DNA of 64,000 nt from an uncultured Acidobacteriota bacterium (GCA_963796275.1 CAWCKY010000007.1:512001-576000); one strand, 5' to 3'; counted from the first letter of the stretch, positions 51,001 to 59,626 are shown. Numbers and translations are program-made. Notes: a model not told the origin generated them from the letters alone.

Positions 51001-51350
51001 ATGCGCTGCGCGCGCTCGACCTGAGGATTTCGCGATACATTCAAATACGCGAGGGCGTGAGGCTCGATCTGATGTTCGATGCGTTCAACCTCTTCAACCG
51101 CCCCAACGTCGATGAAGTATTCAGCGTTTACGGCTCCCCGATCTTCTGCGGAGCCGTACCGGCGCAGTATCGGGATACCGCATCTCGCGCAATCCAGAGC
51201 GGGCAGGCCTGTCCCGCTTTCGCGGCTCCGGCTGGAGTCACCGTGCCGGCGCAGTTTTTTGTACCACCAACTCCGAACCCTAATTTTGGAACGCCGAGAA
51301 CAATGCTGAACCCGCGGCAATTACAGTTCGCGGTGAAGTTCACGTTTTAG
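48009..51350 (+). CDS. TonB-dependent receptor (Oar-like), Cys-rich loops
   Basis: Likely ATG 48009; VQEFRVVNNSFGTEYGRALGG, QDQWKMTPKLTVNYGLRYD, C-terminal KFTF. Confidence 0.93.
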   Translation: MSVRTGLKYFIVIVIILGCTTTGFSQATTSFAQLNGTVFDPNGAAVAKAAIALRHLDTNQLYTAVSNDAGRYLIPNLRPGRYELTVNYSGFAKYTQPEIILNVGQTATVNVNLRVTVEESISVTGEAAAIEPTRTEISQVIETRQIASLPVSGRLFTDFALLTPGVATGRTSLGATFTEFEITQISFGGMRSFSNLITVDGSDFINSITGVQRATPPQESVQEFRVVNNSFGTEYGRALGGIVNVVTKSGTNEWHGSVYEYFQNSALNARSLLQPEPQSKTLRQNQFGASIGGPIIKDKTFLFANYEGQRRAEAPVFPPSLVNGLAAINQAKAYLGIAPEDITVLKIKNNDYGFARVDHQLTKNNRISFRFNIENARDPNQLVGNTEDGGGIGTPSGGRNLFINDQSLVGTLNSVLRPNLVNTFLVQYARRRYDFPGSTGEPNLDIPNDLSFGHNFGALDEIYEDRLQFSNTLGWVKGNHYAKFGYDANYIWDSTIYPGFTPVRVILPGINCLIDFANFVNVGGGPPLAPVSGQACSLPPFFGGVGATFYGVALARNEYVDGQFPLNNARPLDVRTWANAFDPALRESYQYKLNHSYQGFFAQDQWKMTPKLTVNYGLRYDFETGLGNQIDSYWGAVQPRVGLAYSPDNKTVIRAGYGLFFDRNNMTFFFITGNQKTIPGFLPGITLPMIQNGADTGGWQLNLVNAAAFLPSPLICQGITPEGAPPGFCLGAAATAAKSIITTGAYPRVFLAGDCPPACTVGAGGMARNNHKLPYANQASLEINREVAKGLTVGGGYLFVGSHRLILGNGLNIPCPQGTSKPQNPAIAQGWLNPDGTLSNCSGTPLLLAGKPVFTDSLEFPNGGFLDYNNGVVNAYYHGLALQLTQRLGRNLYLNANYTYSHIIDNGNFTTFINLPQNQFDYASEKANSNQDVRHRFVANFNMTAPDRSFLRNFSLSGILTLQTGRPFTIFTGGDSNGDTNPVTDRVGLIGRNTYIGDALRALDLRISRYIQIREGVRLDLMFDAFNLFNRPNVDEVFSVYGSPIFCGAVPAQYRDTASRAIQSGQACPAFAAPAGVTVPAQFFVPPTPNPNFGTPRTMLNPRQLQFAVKFTF

Positions 51351-51524
51351 CGCATTCAAGAAAAAGACGTCATGCATCAAGCGCCAAAGGGGCGCGGAAT
51401 GGAATAGCCGGGCTATTCGGGATTTGAGTCTCATTGGTGACTTGACCAGGGGGGGACCTTTGCTCCACCTCTGCATAATAAAGCTTGCGCAATATAGCTT
51501 GCGCAAAAGTGAGAATGCCGAAAC

Positions 51525-51603
51525 AATCAGACCGCGAGCGGCGCGAGCGAGCCTCTATCAACGATTAACGAAGACTCGCTCGCTACCGCTCGCGGTACTG
51601 ATT
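51525..51603. repeat. REP-like inverted doublet
   Basis: AATCAGACCGCGAGCGGCGCGAGCGAG versus CTCGCTCGCTACCGCTCGCGGTACTGATT. Confidence 0.75.
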
Positions 51604-51624
51604 TTTGATGTGAGGTGCTAGAAC

Positions 51625-52992
51625 ATGTCAATCCCGGTTGCTGGAACCGATCAGACAACAGCGCATGAATCCCGCAGGTCAAGTATGCGCTACGCCTGGT
51701 ATGTCGTATTCGTCTTGATGATCTGTTACACGATCTCGTTTATCGATCGCCAGATACTCAGTCTTCTGGTCGCCCCCATCAAGCGTGATCTCGGCATCAG
51801 TGATACTAAAATCGGGTTGTTGCAGGGGCTTGCATTCGCCCTGTTCTATACGTTGCTCGGGTTCCCGCTGGGCTGGATTGCCGATCGTTACAGCCGGCGC
51901 AATCTGATAGCCGCGGGCGTATTCTTCTGGAGTCTGATGACGGCGCTAAGCAGCATCGCCACGAGTTTCTCGTCATTGTTCTTCGCGCGTATGGGCGTCG
52001 GAGTCGGCGAAGCCACACTGGGACCGTCAGCATTCTCTTTGATATCAGACTACTTTCCCAAAGAGCGGCTGGGGGGCGCCCTGAGCGTTTATTCTATGGG
52101 CATATTCATCGGTTCAGGGCTCGCGCTCATTGTCGGTGGGACGGTGGTCGGCGCCGTGCAGGAGATGCCCGCCGTCACTATGCCGGTGATCGGTGTAATG
52201 GCTTCATGGCGCCTCACTTTTCTGATCGTCGGAATCCCCGGGCTCGCCATCGGCCTTCTCGCCTATACTATTCAGGAGCCTCTTCGCCGGAACCTTTTAC
52301 GAAACTCGGACGGAATGGTCATGCAGTTGAATATACGCGATGTCGTGCGCCAGCTGGTATTACGCTGGAAGTCGGTCGTCGGGGTCTCGCTGGCGCTGTC
52401 GTCGCAGGCGATGTGCAATTATGCAATGCTCGCCTGGTCGCCGACATTTTTTCAGCGCGTCCACAATTGGAGCCCCAGCAAGACTGGCTTGATCCTCGGC
52501 AGCATGATTCTTACGGTGGGGATTATCGGGATGTATTTCGGCGGCAGGCTTTGTGATCACTGGATGGAACGGCGGATCAAAGAAGCGCCGTTGAAAGTGG
52601 GGGTGATCAGCACCGTCTGCGCCGGGCTCTTTTTCGGTCTGTCGATGAACATGCCGAGTCTTACGTTGCTGCTGGCCTTTATGGTTCCCGCGCAGTTCTT
52701 TCTAGCCATGCCGGTCGGGAGTTCTTATGCGGCTTTGCAACTGATCTTTCCCAACCAGATGCGCGGTCAGGTGTCGGCCCTGTTGATCTTCACCATCAAC
52801 ATCGGAGGTTTGGTGCTGGGGCCATTCCTCCCCGGCTTCTTCAACGATTACCTGTTCAATGACGAAAACATGGTTGGCTATTCGCTTACGCTCACAGTAG
52901 TCATGGCTTCATTGGTGTCGGCGGTGTTATTTAGATCGACTTATGGGCCATATAGAAGACATTACGCGCAGATGCAGGAAATGGTCGTGTGA
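51625..52992 (+). CDS. MFS transporter (spinster-like)
   Basis: SFIDRQIL, GWIADRYSRR motif A, ARMGVGVGEA, about 12 TM segments. Confidence 0.93.
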   Translation: MSIPVAGTDQTTAHESRRSSMRYAWYVVFVLMICYTISFIDRQILSLLVAPIKRDLGISDTKIGLLQGLAFALFYTLLGFPLGWIADRYSRRNLIAAGVFFWSLMTALSSIATSFSSLFFARMGVGVGEATLGPSAFSLISDYFPKERLGGALSVYSMGIFIGSGLALIVGGTVVGAVQEMPAVTMPVIGVMASWRLTFLIVGIPGLAIGLLAYTIQEPLRRNLLRNSDGMVMQLNIRDVVRQLVLRWKSVVGVSLALSSQAMCNYAMLAWSPTFFQRVHNWSPSKTGLILGSMILTVGIIGMYFGGRLCDHWMERRIKEAPLKVGVISTVCAGLFFGLSMNMPSLTLLLAFMVPAQFFLAMPVGSSYAALQLIFPNQMRGQVSALLIFTINIGGLVLGPFLPGFFNDYLFNDENMVGYSLTLTVVMASLVSAVLFRSTYGPYRRHYAQMQEMVV

Positions 52993-53093
52993 TGCGGATC
53001 CGCGTCGATACATGCCGCGAGGCGGGAGTCGCGAATTCGTAGCGTACCGATCAAAGTTTTGATAATTTATAGCCAGTAATAGAAAGGGCGAAT

Positions 53094-53777
53094 ATGTCGG
53101 ATATTACCGGAAGGCAATGTGTACATTGCGGAGCGGGCCTCGCGATGGGGCGCCGGTACTGTCTCGTTTGCCAGATGCCGGTTCCCGACACCGCGCCGCT
53201 TCTTAATGCGCAAACGGGGGAAGCGGAGCAGACCGGATCGTCAGGTCAACTTGCTGACATCGTCCGCCAGATACCTTCCACGCATCGGCCGGACAAGACG
53301 CTGGTTTTCGTGCCGGAGCGTCGCGAAGCCCGCCTCAGACGAAAGCGCCGCAATCGACGCATCATCATCTCGAGTCTGATCGGTTGCGTCATCCTGATCA
53401 CTCTGTCCGTTATTTACTTTCGCGCTGCCGAACAGAAACAAGCGCTCGCCCGGCAACAGCGGCGCGAATTGATGGCGCGTGGGGAGCTCGATCGGTTCGC
53501 CAAGTCGCTGGAATTTTTCTACGAAGATGTTGGGCGTTACCCCACGGAAAAAGAGGGCCTCGCCGCACTCAGCACGCGGCCGATCGCGGCCGCCAACTGG
53601 CACGGCCCATATATCGACGGCGATTTTTCGGTCGACCCCTGGGGCAACGATTATATTTATAAGGGTTATGATGATGGCGAGGGGTACGAACTGTTCTCGT
53701 ATGGGCCCGATGGGGAAGAGGGTAAAAAAATATTTCTGCAAGTGAATTCGACCGGCCAGGGCGCGGCTCCCAAATAG
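53094..53777 (+). CDS. Zinc-ribbon + TM + GspG (T2SSG) pseudopilin-domain protein
   Basis: CVHC...CLVC, basic cluster, TM helix, then DVGRYPT-x-x-EGLAAL...WHGPY...DPWGNDY...SYGPDG. Confidence 0.8.
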   Translation: MSDITGRQCVHCGAGLAMGRRYCLVCQMPVPDTAPLLNAQTGEAEQTGSSGQLADIVRQIPSTHRPDKTLVFVPERREARLRRKRRNRRIIISSLIGCVILITLSVIYFRAAEQKQALARQQRRELMARGELDRFAKSLEFFYEDVGRYPTEKEGLAALSTRPIAAANWHGPYIDGDFSVDPWGNDYIYKGYDDGEGYELFSYGPDGEEGKKIFLQVNSTGQGAAPK

Positions 53778-53849
53778 TAATGATAATTTATAGACAAATT
53801 GATAATTCGTATAAATTGAAGCCACAGTGTGTACGAACTATTATCAATT

Positions 53850-54714
53850 ATGAATAAACGAGCTGAAAAGAACTCCCTGCTCAGCGGCATCGGCGCGCGG
53901 GTGAGGGCAATGAGGTTGGAATGCGGTATGACGGTCAAAGAGTTCGCCGAGCGTGCGGCGATCTCTCCGCGTTTCATCAATCAGCTTGAAGCGGGAGATG
54001 GCAATATCTCTATCGCCCGGCTTGCACGTGTGGCCGAGGGACTCGGCCGCACACTGCCTGAGCTGATTCCACCACCGGAAGATGATGGATCTATTCGCTC
54101 GCGCACCTGGCGGCTATTGAGCGAATGCAGCGATGAGGATTGGCAGGAGCTTCACCAATGGCTGGAGAAGCGTAGCGGGAACCGGCTGGAGCAATCTTTT
54201 ATCGCGCTCATCGGTTTGCGCGGGGCGGGGAAATCGACAGTTGGCACGCTGCTCGCCAGGCGTCTCAAGCAACAGTTCGTTGAACTCGATCAATGGGTCG
54301 AAGAAGCCGCCGGAATGCCGCTTGGTGAAATCTTCGCCACACACGGCGAAGGATATTACCGGCGTCTCGAACGAGAAGCGCTGTCTCAGCTCTTTGTGAC
54401 TGCCTCCACCTCGGGCGGCTGCGTCTTCGCGCCGGGCGGTTCGATTGTGACCGATGCCGAGAGTTGGGAGCTTATCAAGAGGCGCTGTTTCACCGTCTGG
54501 TTGCATGCCCACGCCGGCAGAATTTATGAATCGAATGAGGCGCCAGGGTGATACCCGGCCAATGCAGGGGCGGCCCGCGGCGATGGCCGAATTGAGAGAC
54601 CTGCTCCAGCGGCGCGAACCGCTCTACGCCGAGTCGCAGCTGCACATCAAAACTACCGCTAAGTCGCCGGCCGAGATTACTTCACAGATCATAAAAGCAC
54701 TGGAAGAAAGTTGA
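53850..54714 (+). CDS. boxR: BoxR/BzdR-type regulator (XRE HTH + shikimate-kinase-like benzoyl-CoA sensor), +1 frameshift near 54508-54510
   Basis: FAERAAISPRFINQLEAGDGNIS HTH, IGLRGAGKST P-loop; C-terminus TPAEFMNRMRRQGDTRPM continues in another frame. Confidence 0.85.
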
Positions 54715-54841
54715 TGGTTGATAGTTGATAGTGGCTTTGTTGCATAAATCGTAAATGAATATTTCAGTTGACAGTTGTTAGTTTTCAGTTGCTGATCGAA
54801 TAAGCTCAGCTAAAACTAAAAACTGAAAATAACTGCTCACC

Positions 54842-55028
54842 CTCTTCGCCGCGTTAGCGGCGGTTGATTGTAGCCGTGGGTTTTAACCCACGGTGGCGGT
54901 AGATTTTTTCACGTCGCGTCAGCGACGGTTGAATTCAGGCGTCGCTAACGCGACGCGGGAATATCCTTCAAGCCTTCCGTGGGTTAAAACCCACGGCTAC
55001 AATCAACCGCCGCTAACGCGGCGAAGAG
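54842..55028. repeat. REP-like composite element with 52-bp perfect terminal inverted repeats and nested hairpins
   Basis: 54842-54893 is the exact reverse complement of 54977-55028; internal CGTCGCGTCAGCGACG / CGTCGCTAACGCGACG pair. Confidence 0.92.
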
Positions 55029-55100
55029 CATATATAGAGTTTTCAGTTGATAGTTTGTTAGATTATTACCGTAGTGTTTAAGGGCTATCGACTAGTATTT

Positions 55101-55156
55101 ACCAGCTACCAGCTACCAGCTACCAGCTACCAGCTACCAGCTACCAGCTACCAGCT
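55101..55156. repeat. (ACCAGCT)8 heptamer tandem repeat
   Basis: Eight exact copies counted; runs into the CTATCAA units at the hcrB stop. Confidence 0.95.
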
Positions 55157-55160
55157 ACTA

Positions 55161-56144
55161 TCAACTATCAATTTCTTTCAGCGCTCTGATCACATAAGTC
55201 CGAGTCATTTGTTTCCGCCAGCCCATCACGAAGTCGGTATTATCGAGCGGGCGCGCCTTGATGTAGCAGGCATCGGCAGCAGCGTGGATGTTTTCCGGAT
55301 TTAGCGGCTTGCCGACCAGCGTCTCTGCTGCCTCAATCACATCGATCGGTGCAGGCGCTATACCGCCGAGCACGATGCGCGCATTTTCAATTGTGCCGCT
55401 ATCCGATCGCTTCACCGACGCGGCCACACCCAACACCGGAAAATCGAACGAACCGCGCCGTCGCAACTTCTGATATGTTGCCTGCATTCCGTCAGCCGGC
55501 GGTAGATAAATTTCTGTCAGCAATTCATCGGTCTGTTTTCGCAAGTAATGAATTCCGTCGTGGTTGTAAAGCTCTTTCGCTTCAATCACGCGCTCGCCTG
55601 CGACCGAAACGAATTTGAGTTTTGCGCCGATAGCTACCATGACGGGCGCGAGGTCGGATGATTGCACAGCCCAGCACATGTGACTTCCGGGGGCGACCCA
55701 GCAGGTGTCGCCGTCTTTTTTCAGGCAAAAGTTGACGCTCCGGCGCCACTCGTAATTCTGATTGTAGTAATTGCAGCGCGTATCGAGCAGCAGATTGCCG
55801 CCGATCGTGCCCATATTGCGCAACAGCGGCGTCGAGATCAGCCTCGCTGCTCGGGTTACCACGGGCCATATCGTTTTGATAAGTTCGTTTTCGCAGATTT
55901 CGCTGAGCAGTATACCCGCACCGATGGAGATGCCGGATGACGCATCACCGCGAATTTCATGGAGCTCGGACAGGCGCATCACTGAGATGACGGTTTCAGG
56001 CATCTGCTGGCGCCGCTTCATATTTGGATAAAGATCCGTACCGCCGGCTACGAACATCGCCTCCGGGCCGGCGTGAGAGATCATTCGAACGGCGTCATCG
56101 ACGGTACGCGGCAGCAGGTAATCAAATTTTGGAAGTCGCATCAT
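55161..56144 (-). CDS. hcrB: 4-hydroxybenzoyl-CoA reductase beta subunit (FAD, extra [4Fe-4S])
   Basis: AGGTDLYPNMKR, RNMGTIGGN, four-Cys insert RCNYYNQ...FCLKKDGDTCWVAP...CWA, RRRGSFDF. Confidence 0.88.
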   Translation of the reverse strand: MMRLPKFDYLLPRTVDDAVRMISHAGPEAMFVAGGTDLYPNMKRRQQMPETVISVMRLSELHEIRGDASSGISIGAGILLSEICENELIKTIWPVVTRAARLISTPLLRNMGTIGGNLLLDTRCNYYNQNYEWRRSVNFCLKKDGDTCWVAPGSHMCWAVQSSDLAPVMVAIGAKLKFVSVAGERVIEAKELYNHDGIHYLRKQTDELLTEIYLPPADGMQATYQKLRRRGSFDFPVLGVAASVKRSDSGTIENARIVLGGIAPAPIDVIEAAETLVGKPLNPENIHAAADACYIKARPLDNTDFVMGWRKQMTRTYVIRALKEIDS

Positions 56145-56148
56145 AAAA

Positions 56149-56600
56149 AGTTTTCAGTTTTCAGTTTTCAGTTTATAGTTCAATCAGTATTAACTTCTAC
56201 CTTTGGCCACCCCGGAAAGGTGTATTATGAGATCTCAGTTGTACCGAGACTTAATCGTATGGAAGAAAAGCATTGAGTTATGTATTTATGTTTACAAGTT
56301 ATGCATCACCTTCCCTAAATCCGAGTTATATGGAATTGCGAATCAAATGAAACGGGCCTCTGTTTCCGTTCCTTCAAACATAGCCGAAGGACAGGCACGA
56401 CAGCGTTCAAATGAGTTTCTATATTTCTTGTCAATTGCCAACGGGTCATTGGCCGAACTTGATACTCAGCGCATTATTGCCGAAAAATTGGGTTTTCTTT
56501 CTTGCGATAGCAGTTCAGAATCTTGATCTTCAGATAGCGGAGCTACGCAAAATGCTCAATTCCTTGATAAGGAAACTGAAAACTGAAAACTGAAAACTAA
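56149..56600. mobile_element. Four-helix-bundle gene cassette bounded by inverted (AGTTTTC)n/(GAAAACT)n arrays
   Basis: Left arm 56149-56180, right arm 56572-56600; fills the whole hcrA-hcrB spacer; visibly AT-richer than the flanks. Confidence 0.6.
56227..56593 (+). CDS. Four-helix-bundle protein (23S rRNA IVS protein / Avd-like), frameshift near 56520
   Basis: YRDLIVWKKSIEL, FPKSELYGIANQMKRASVSVPSNIAEG, FLSIANGSLAELDTQ; last helix LRKMLNSLIRKL is in the +1 frame. Confidence 0.9.
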
Positions 56601-56603
56601 TTT

Positions 56604-59552
56604 TCACTCTATCACATGCACTGCCTGACGCGGCAATTCGGCCCCATCCCCGCCCTCTTCCGGCGTCAATACGCGTAGCGGTTCCGGCCACTCAACCTCT
56701 GGCACCGAGCGCGGACCGTAGCGCCCATCATTTCCTTGTTTACCTTGAGCCATTGCGCGCAGCGCCGAGCGCACCTTCTCCGGCGTGATCGGTACTTCGT
56801 CGATCCGCACACCGACCGCGTCATAGACGGCATTGGCGATCACCGGCGGTATGGGCAGCAGCGGACCCTGCCCGACCTCCTTCGCGCCGAATGGTCCGTT
56901 GGGATCTGGGTCTTCGATAAGATATGTTTCCACTTCACACATTTCCATCGTCGTCGGGCTTTTGTATTCGAGCAGGGAAGGGAATTTGTGTACTAGATTG
57001 CGCTTCGCACGATAGGTCATCTCTTCCATCAGCGCTTCCCCGAGGCCCATATAGACGCTGCCCTCGACTTGCCCTATCGCCGCGCTCGCGTTTATCGCTT
57101 TGCCGATATCGTGCGCGACCCAGATCCGCTCGACTGCTATGATGCCGGTCTCCGGATCGACCTCTACTTCTGCTACTGCTGCCGAGTAGCTATAAGCCGG
57201 CGACGGTCCGACGCCACCGCCCTTGAATTTCGCGGCCGAATCTGGAGGCGAATAAGAGCCGACTGTGCCGATCGTCCCGAACTTCACTTCGGCCATCACG
57301 ACCGCTTCGGCAAATGAGATGCCGTTTTCAGGATGCTCGACGTCGAAAACGCGGCGATTCGCAAAGGCTATCTGCTCCTTCGGCGCATGGAGCTTCTCCG
57401 CGGCAGCAATCGCCAGCAATTCGCGCGCTCGTTCCGCCGCCTGAATTGCGGCGTTTCCCGTCATCAGCGTTACGCGGCTCGAGTAGCTGCCCAGATCGAC
57501 CGGCGTCAGATCGGTGTCGCCGGTAACGACGCGGATATCGAATGGATCGATGCCCAACAAATCGGCGACGATAAAGGCGAGAACCGTATCGGATCCCTGT
57601 CCGATCTCAGTCGATCCGCACATCACGCACACGCCTCCCTGCCGGTCCAGCCGAAGCTGCACACCGGAGTGCGGCATATTATTCCAGTAGATCGGCAAAC
57701 CTGCTCCTGATAGATACGAACTGCACGCGATGCCGATACCGCGGCCGTAAGGCAGTTTGCGGAATTTGCTCTTCCAATCGGAGACCGATACGACTTTCTC
57801 GATGCACGCGCCCAATCCCATGCTGCCGATGCGCAGGTAGTTGACCGTCAGCGAATGCGGCGGCGCCAGATGGCGCATTCGCATCTCCGCCGGATCTAAC
57901 CCGAGTTGTTCGGCAATCTTGTCGATTTGGATTTCGAGTGCAAAGCGCGGCTGCGGTGTGCCGTGCCCGCGCTTCGGGCCGCACGGCGGTTTATTGGTGA
58001 ATGCGCGCAAACCGCGGAAGCGATAGCGCGGGATGTTGTAAGTCACCGTCTGCAGCGCGCCCGTGTAAAAGGTCGATGCGACTCCGTAGCTGCCGTATGC
58101 GCCTCCGTCGAGAAACGACTGGAAATCCATCGCTGTGATAGCGCCATCTTTCTTGGCTCCGGTCTTGACCTTCATCAGTACCGGATGGCGCCCCCGATGG
58201 CAATAGAAAACCTCTTCGCGAGTGAGCGCGACCTTGACCGGGCGGCCCGTGACCTTGGCTAGCTTACAGACGGCGATCTCGTGGTTGAAAGGATCGGTCT
58301 TGCCGCCGAATCCTCCGCCGTTGGGCGTGGCGATGACGCGAATGTGGCTGGCGGGGATTTGAAGAACCTTGGCGAGCGCGCGATGAACATAATGAGGAGT
58401 CTGTGTCGATGACCACAGCGTAAGTTTGCCGTCGTGATCGCATTGCGCTACCGCGGCGTGCTGTTCCAGCGGCAGATGCGTGCTGCCTTCATAGAAGAAG
58501 ATGTCCTCTCGAATGATATCGGCTTCGGCGAAGCCCGCGTCGGGCTCGCCGAATTGGAGGTGAACTTTCTTGTGAATGTTGCCGCCATCGCCGTAATCGT
58601 GAATGCGCGGATCGCGTATGTTTATGGCCTCTTCGATCGATGCGACGGCCTCCAGTCGTTCATATTCGACTTCGATCAGGTTCATCGCCTCGAACGCCGT
58701 CTCTTCGTCGATCGCCGCTATCGCCGCGACCGGATCACCGATCATCCGGACCTTCTCAATGCATAGCGTATGTTCGTCCTGACTCACCGGTAGAATGCCG
58801 TAGGGGATGGGCAGGTCTCGCCCCGTGATGATGGCTTTCACGCCGGGTAACGCCCGGGCACGGGTGACGTCGATATTTTTGATCAGGGCGTGTGGGAGAG
58901 GTGACCGCAACAGTTTGGCGTAGAGCATGCGGGGCAATTCGATATCATCGGCGAAACGCGTCTCCCCGGTGCACTTCGAGCGCGCATCCACCTTACGGTT
59001 ATGCTTCACGCTTTCCTTATCCGCCGCTGAATCTGCCGCTGCTTCTACTGCTTCAAATATCTTGAGATAACCGGTACAGCGGCAGAGATTGCCGGAGAGC
59101 GCTTCCTTGATTTCATCCCGCGACGGATGAGCATTGCGATCAAGGAGTTCTTTCGCCGCCAGCAGAAAAGCCGGTGTGCAGTAACCGCATTGCGCCGCGC
59201 TGAGATCAGCGAAAGCTTTCTGCAGCGGATGAAGCTGTCCACATTCAGCCATTCCCTCAACCGTCGTTACCTCACATCCCTCCAGATCGAGCCCGAGCGC
59301 GAGACAGGATAATATCGGTCTTCCGTCGACGAGCACCGTGCACGTGCCACACTCGCCAAGCTCGCAGCCATGTTTCGTGCCGGTCAGCCCAAGGTCCTCG
59401 CGCAAGACCTCCAGCAGCGTCTTGTGCGGCAAACAGGCTACCTCAACCTCTTCGCCGTTGACCTTTAATTGGAGATGTTTTTTCCGCTTCTCCCTCCACA
59501 GGCCGTCAGCCGCATCCGTCGGAATTGTTTTGTCCACTTTAGACCTGTTCAT
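56604..59552 (-). CDS. hcrA: Fused 2x[2Fe-2S] (HcrC) and molybdopterin (HcrA) subunit of a 4-hydroxybenzoyl-CoA reductase-like enzyme
   Basis: GCELGECGTC...SC, QCGYC, CRCTGY; STQTPH, GGGFGGK, GPKRGHG, GSYSSR, GAKEVG; adjacent to hcrB. Confidence 0.82.
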   Translation of the reverse strand: MNRSKVDKTIPTDAADGLWREKRKKHLQLKVNGEEVEVACLPHKTLLEVLREDLGLTGTKHGCELGECGTCTVLVDGRPILSCLALGLDLEGCEVTTVEGMAECGQLHPLQKAFADLSAAQCGYCTPAFLLAAKELLDRNAHPSRDEIKEALSGNLCRCTGYLKIFEAVEAAADSAADKESVKHNRKVDARSKCTGETRFADDIELPRMLYAKLLRSPLPHALIKNIDVTRARALPGVKAIITGRDLPIPYGILPVSQDEHTLCIEKVRMIGDPVAAIAAIDEETAFEAMNLIEVEYERLEAVASIEEAINIRDPRIHDYGDGGNIHKKVHLQFGEPDAGFAEADIIREDIFFYEGSTHLPLEQHAAVAQCDHDGKLTLWSSTQTPHYVHRALAKVLQIPASHIRVIATPNGGGFGGKTDPFNHEIAVCKLAKVTGRPVKVALTREEVFYCHRGRHPVLMKVKTGAKKDGAITAMDFQSFLDGGAYGSYGVASTFYTGALQTVTYNIPRYRFRGLRAFTNKPPCGPKRGHGTPQPRFALEIQIDKIAEQLGLDPAEMRMRHLAPPHSLTVNYLRIGSMGLGACIEKVVSVSDWKSKFRKLPYGRGIGIACSSYLSGAGLPIYWNNMPHSGVQLRLDRQGGVCVMCGSTEIGQGSDTVLAFIVADLLGIDPFDIRVVTGDTDLTPVDLGSYSSRVTLMTGNAAIQAAERARELLAIAAAEKLHAPKEQIAFANRRVFDVEHPENGISFAEAVVMAEVKFGTIGTVGSYSPPDSAAKFKGGGVGPSPAYSYSAAVAEVEVDPETGIIAVERIWVAHDIGKAINASAAIGQVEGSVYMGLGEALMEEMTYRAKRNLVHKFPSLLEYKSPTTMEMCEVETYLIEDPDPNGPFGAKEVGQGPLLPIPPVIANAVYDAVGVRIDEVPITPEKVRSALRAMAQGKQGNDGRYGPRSVPEVEWPEPLRVLTPEEGGDGAELPRQAVHVIE

Positions 59553-59557
59553 GAATA

Positions 59558-59571
59558 TGCATTATAATGCA
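59558..59571. promoter_or_regulatory. TGCA-N6-TGCA operator (BzdR/BoxR-like) overlapping TATAAT on both strands
   Basis: TGCATTATAATGCA perfect palindrome between divergent hcrCA and boxC. Confidence 0.7.
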
Positions 59572-59626
59572 GTAGCGGATAAAATGAACAGGCGATATAG
59601 TGCGACTTGATAAATGATAGATATTC

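Noticed and set aside
53094-53777. Type II secretion locus
   Set aside because: Single gene with no prepilin motif and no other gsp genes nearby.
55074-55304. ORF with SYQLPAT repeats
   Set aside because: Translation of the (ACCAGCT)8 tract, overlapping hcrB antisense.
56227-56593. Diversity-generating retroelement (avd)
   Set aside because: No reverse transcriptase and no TR/VR pair seen in the window.
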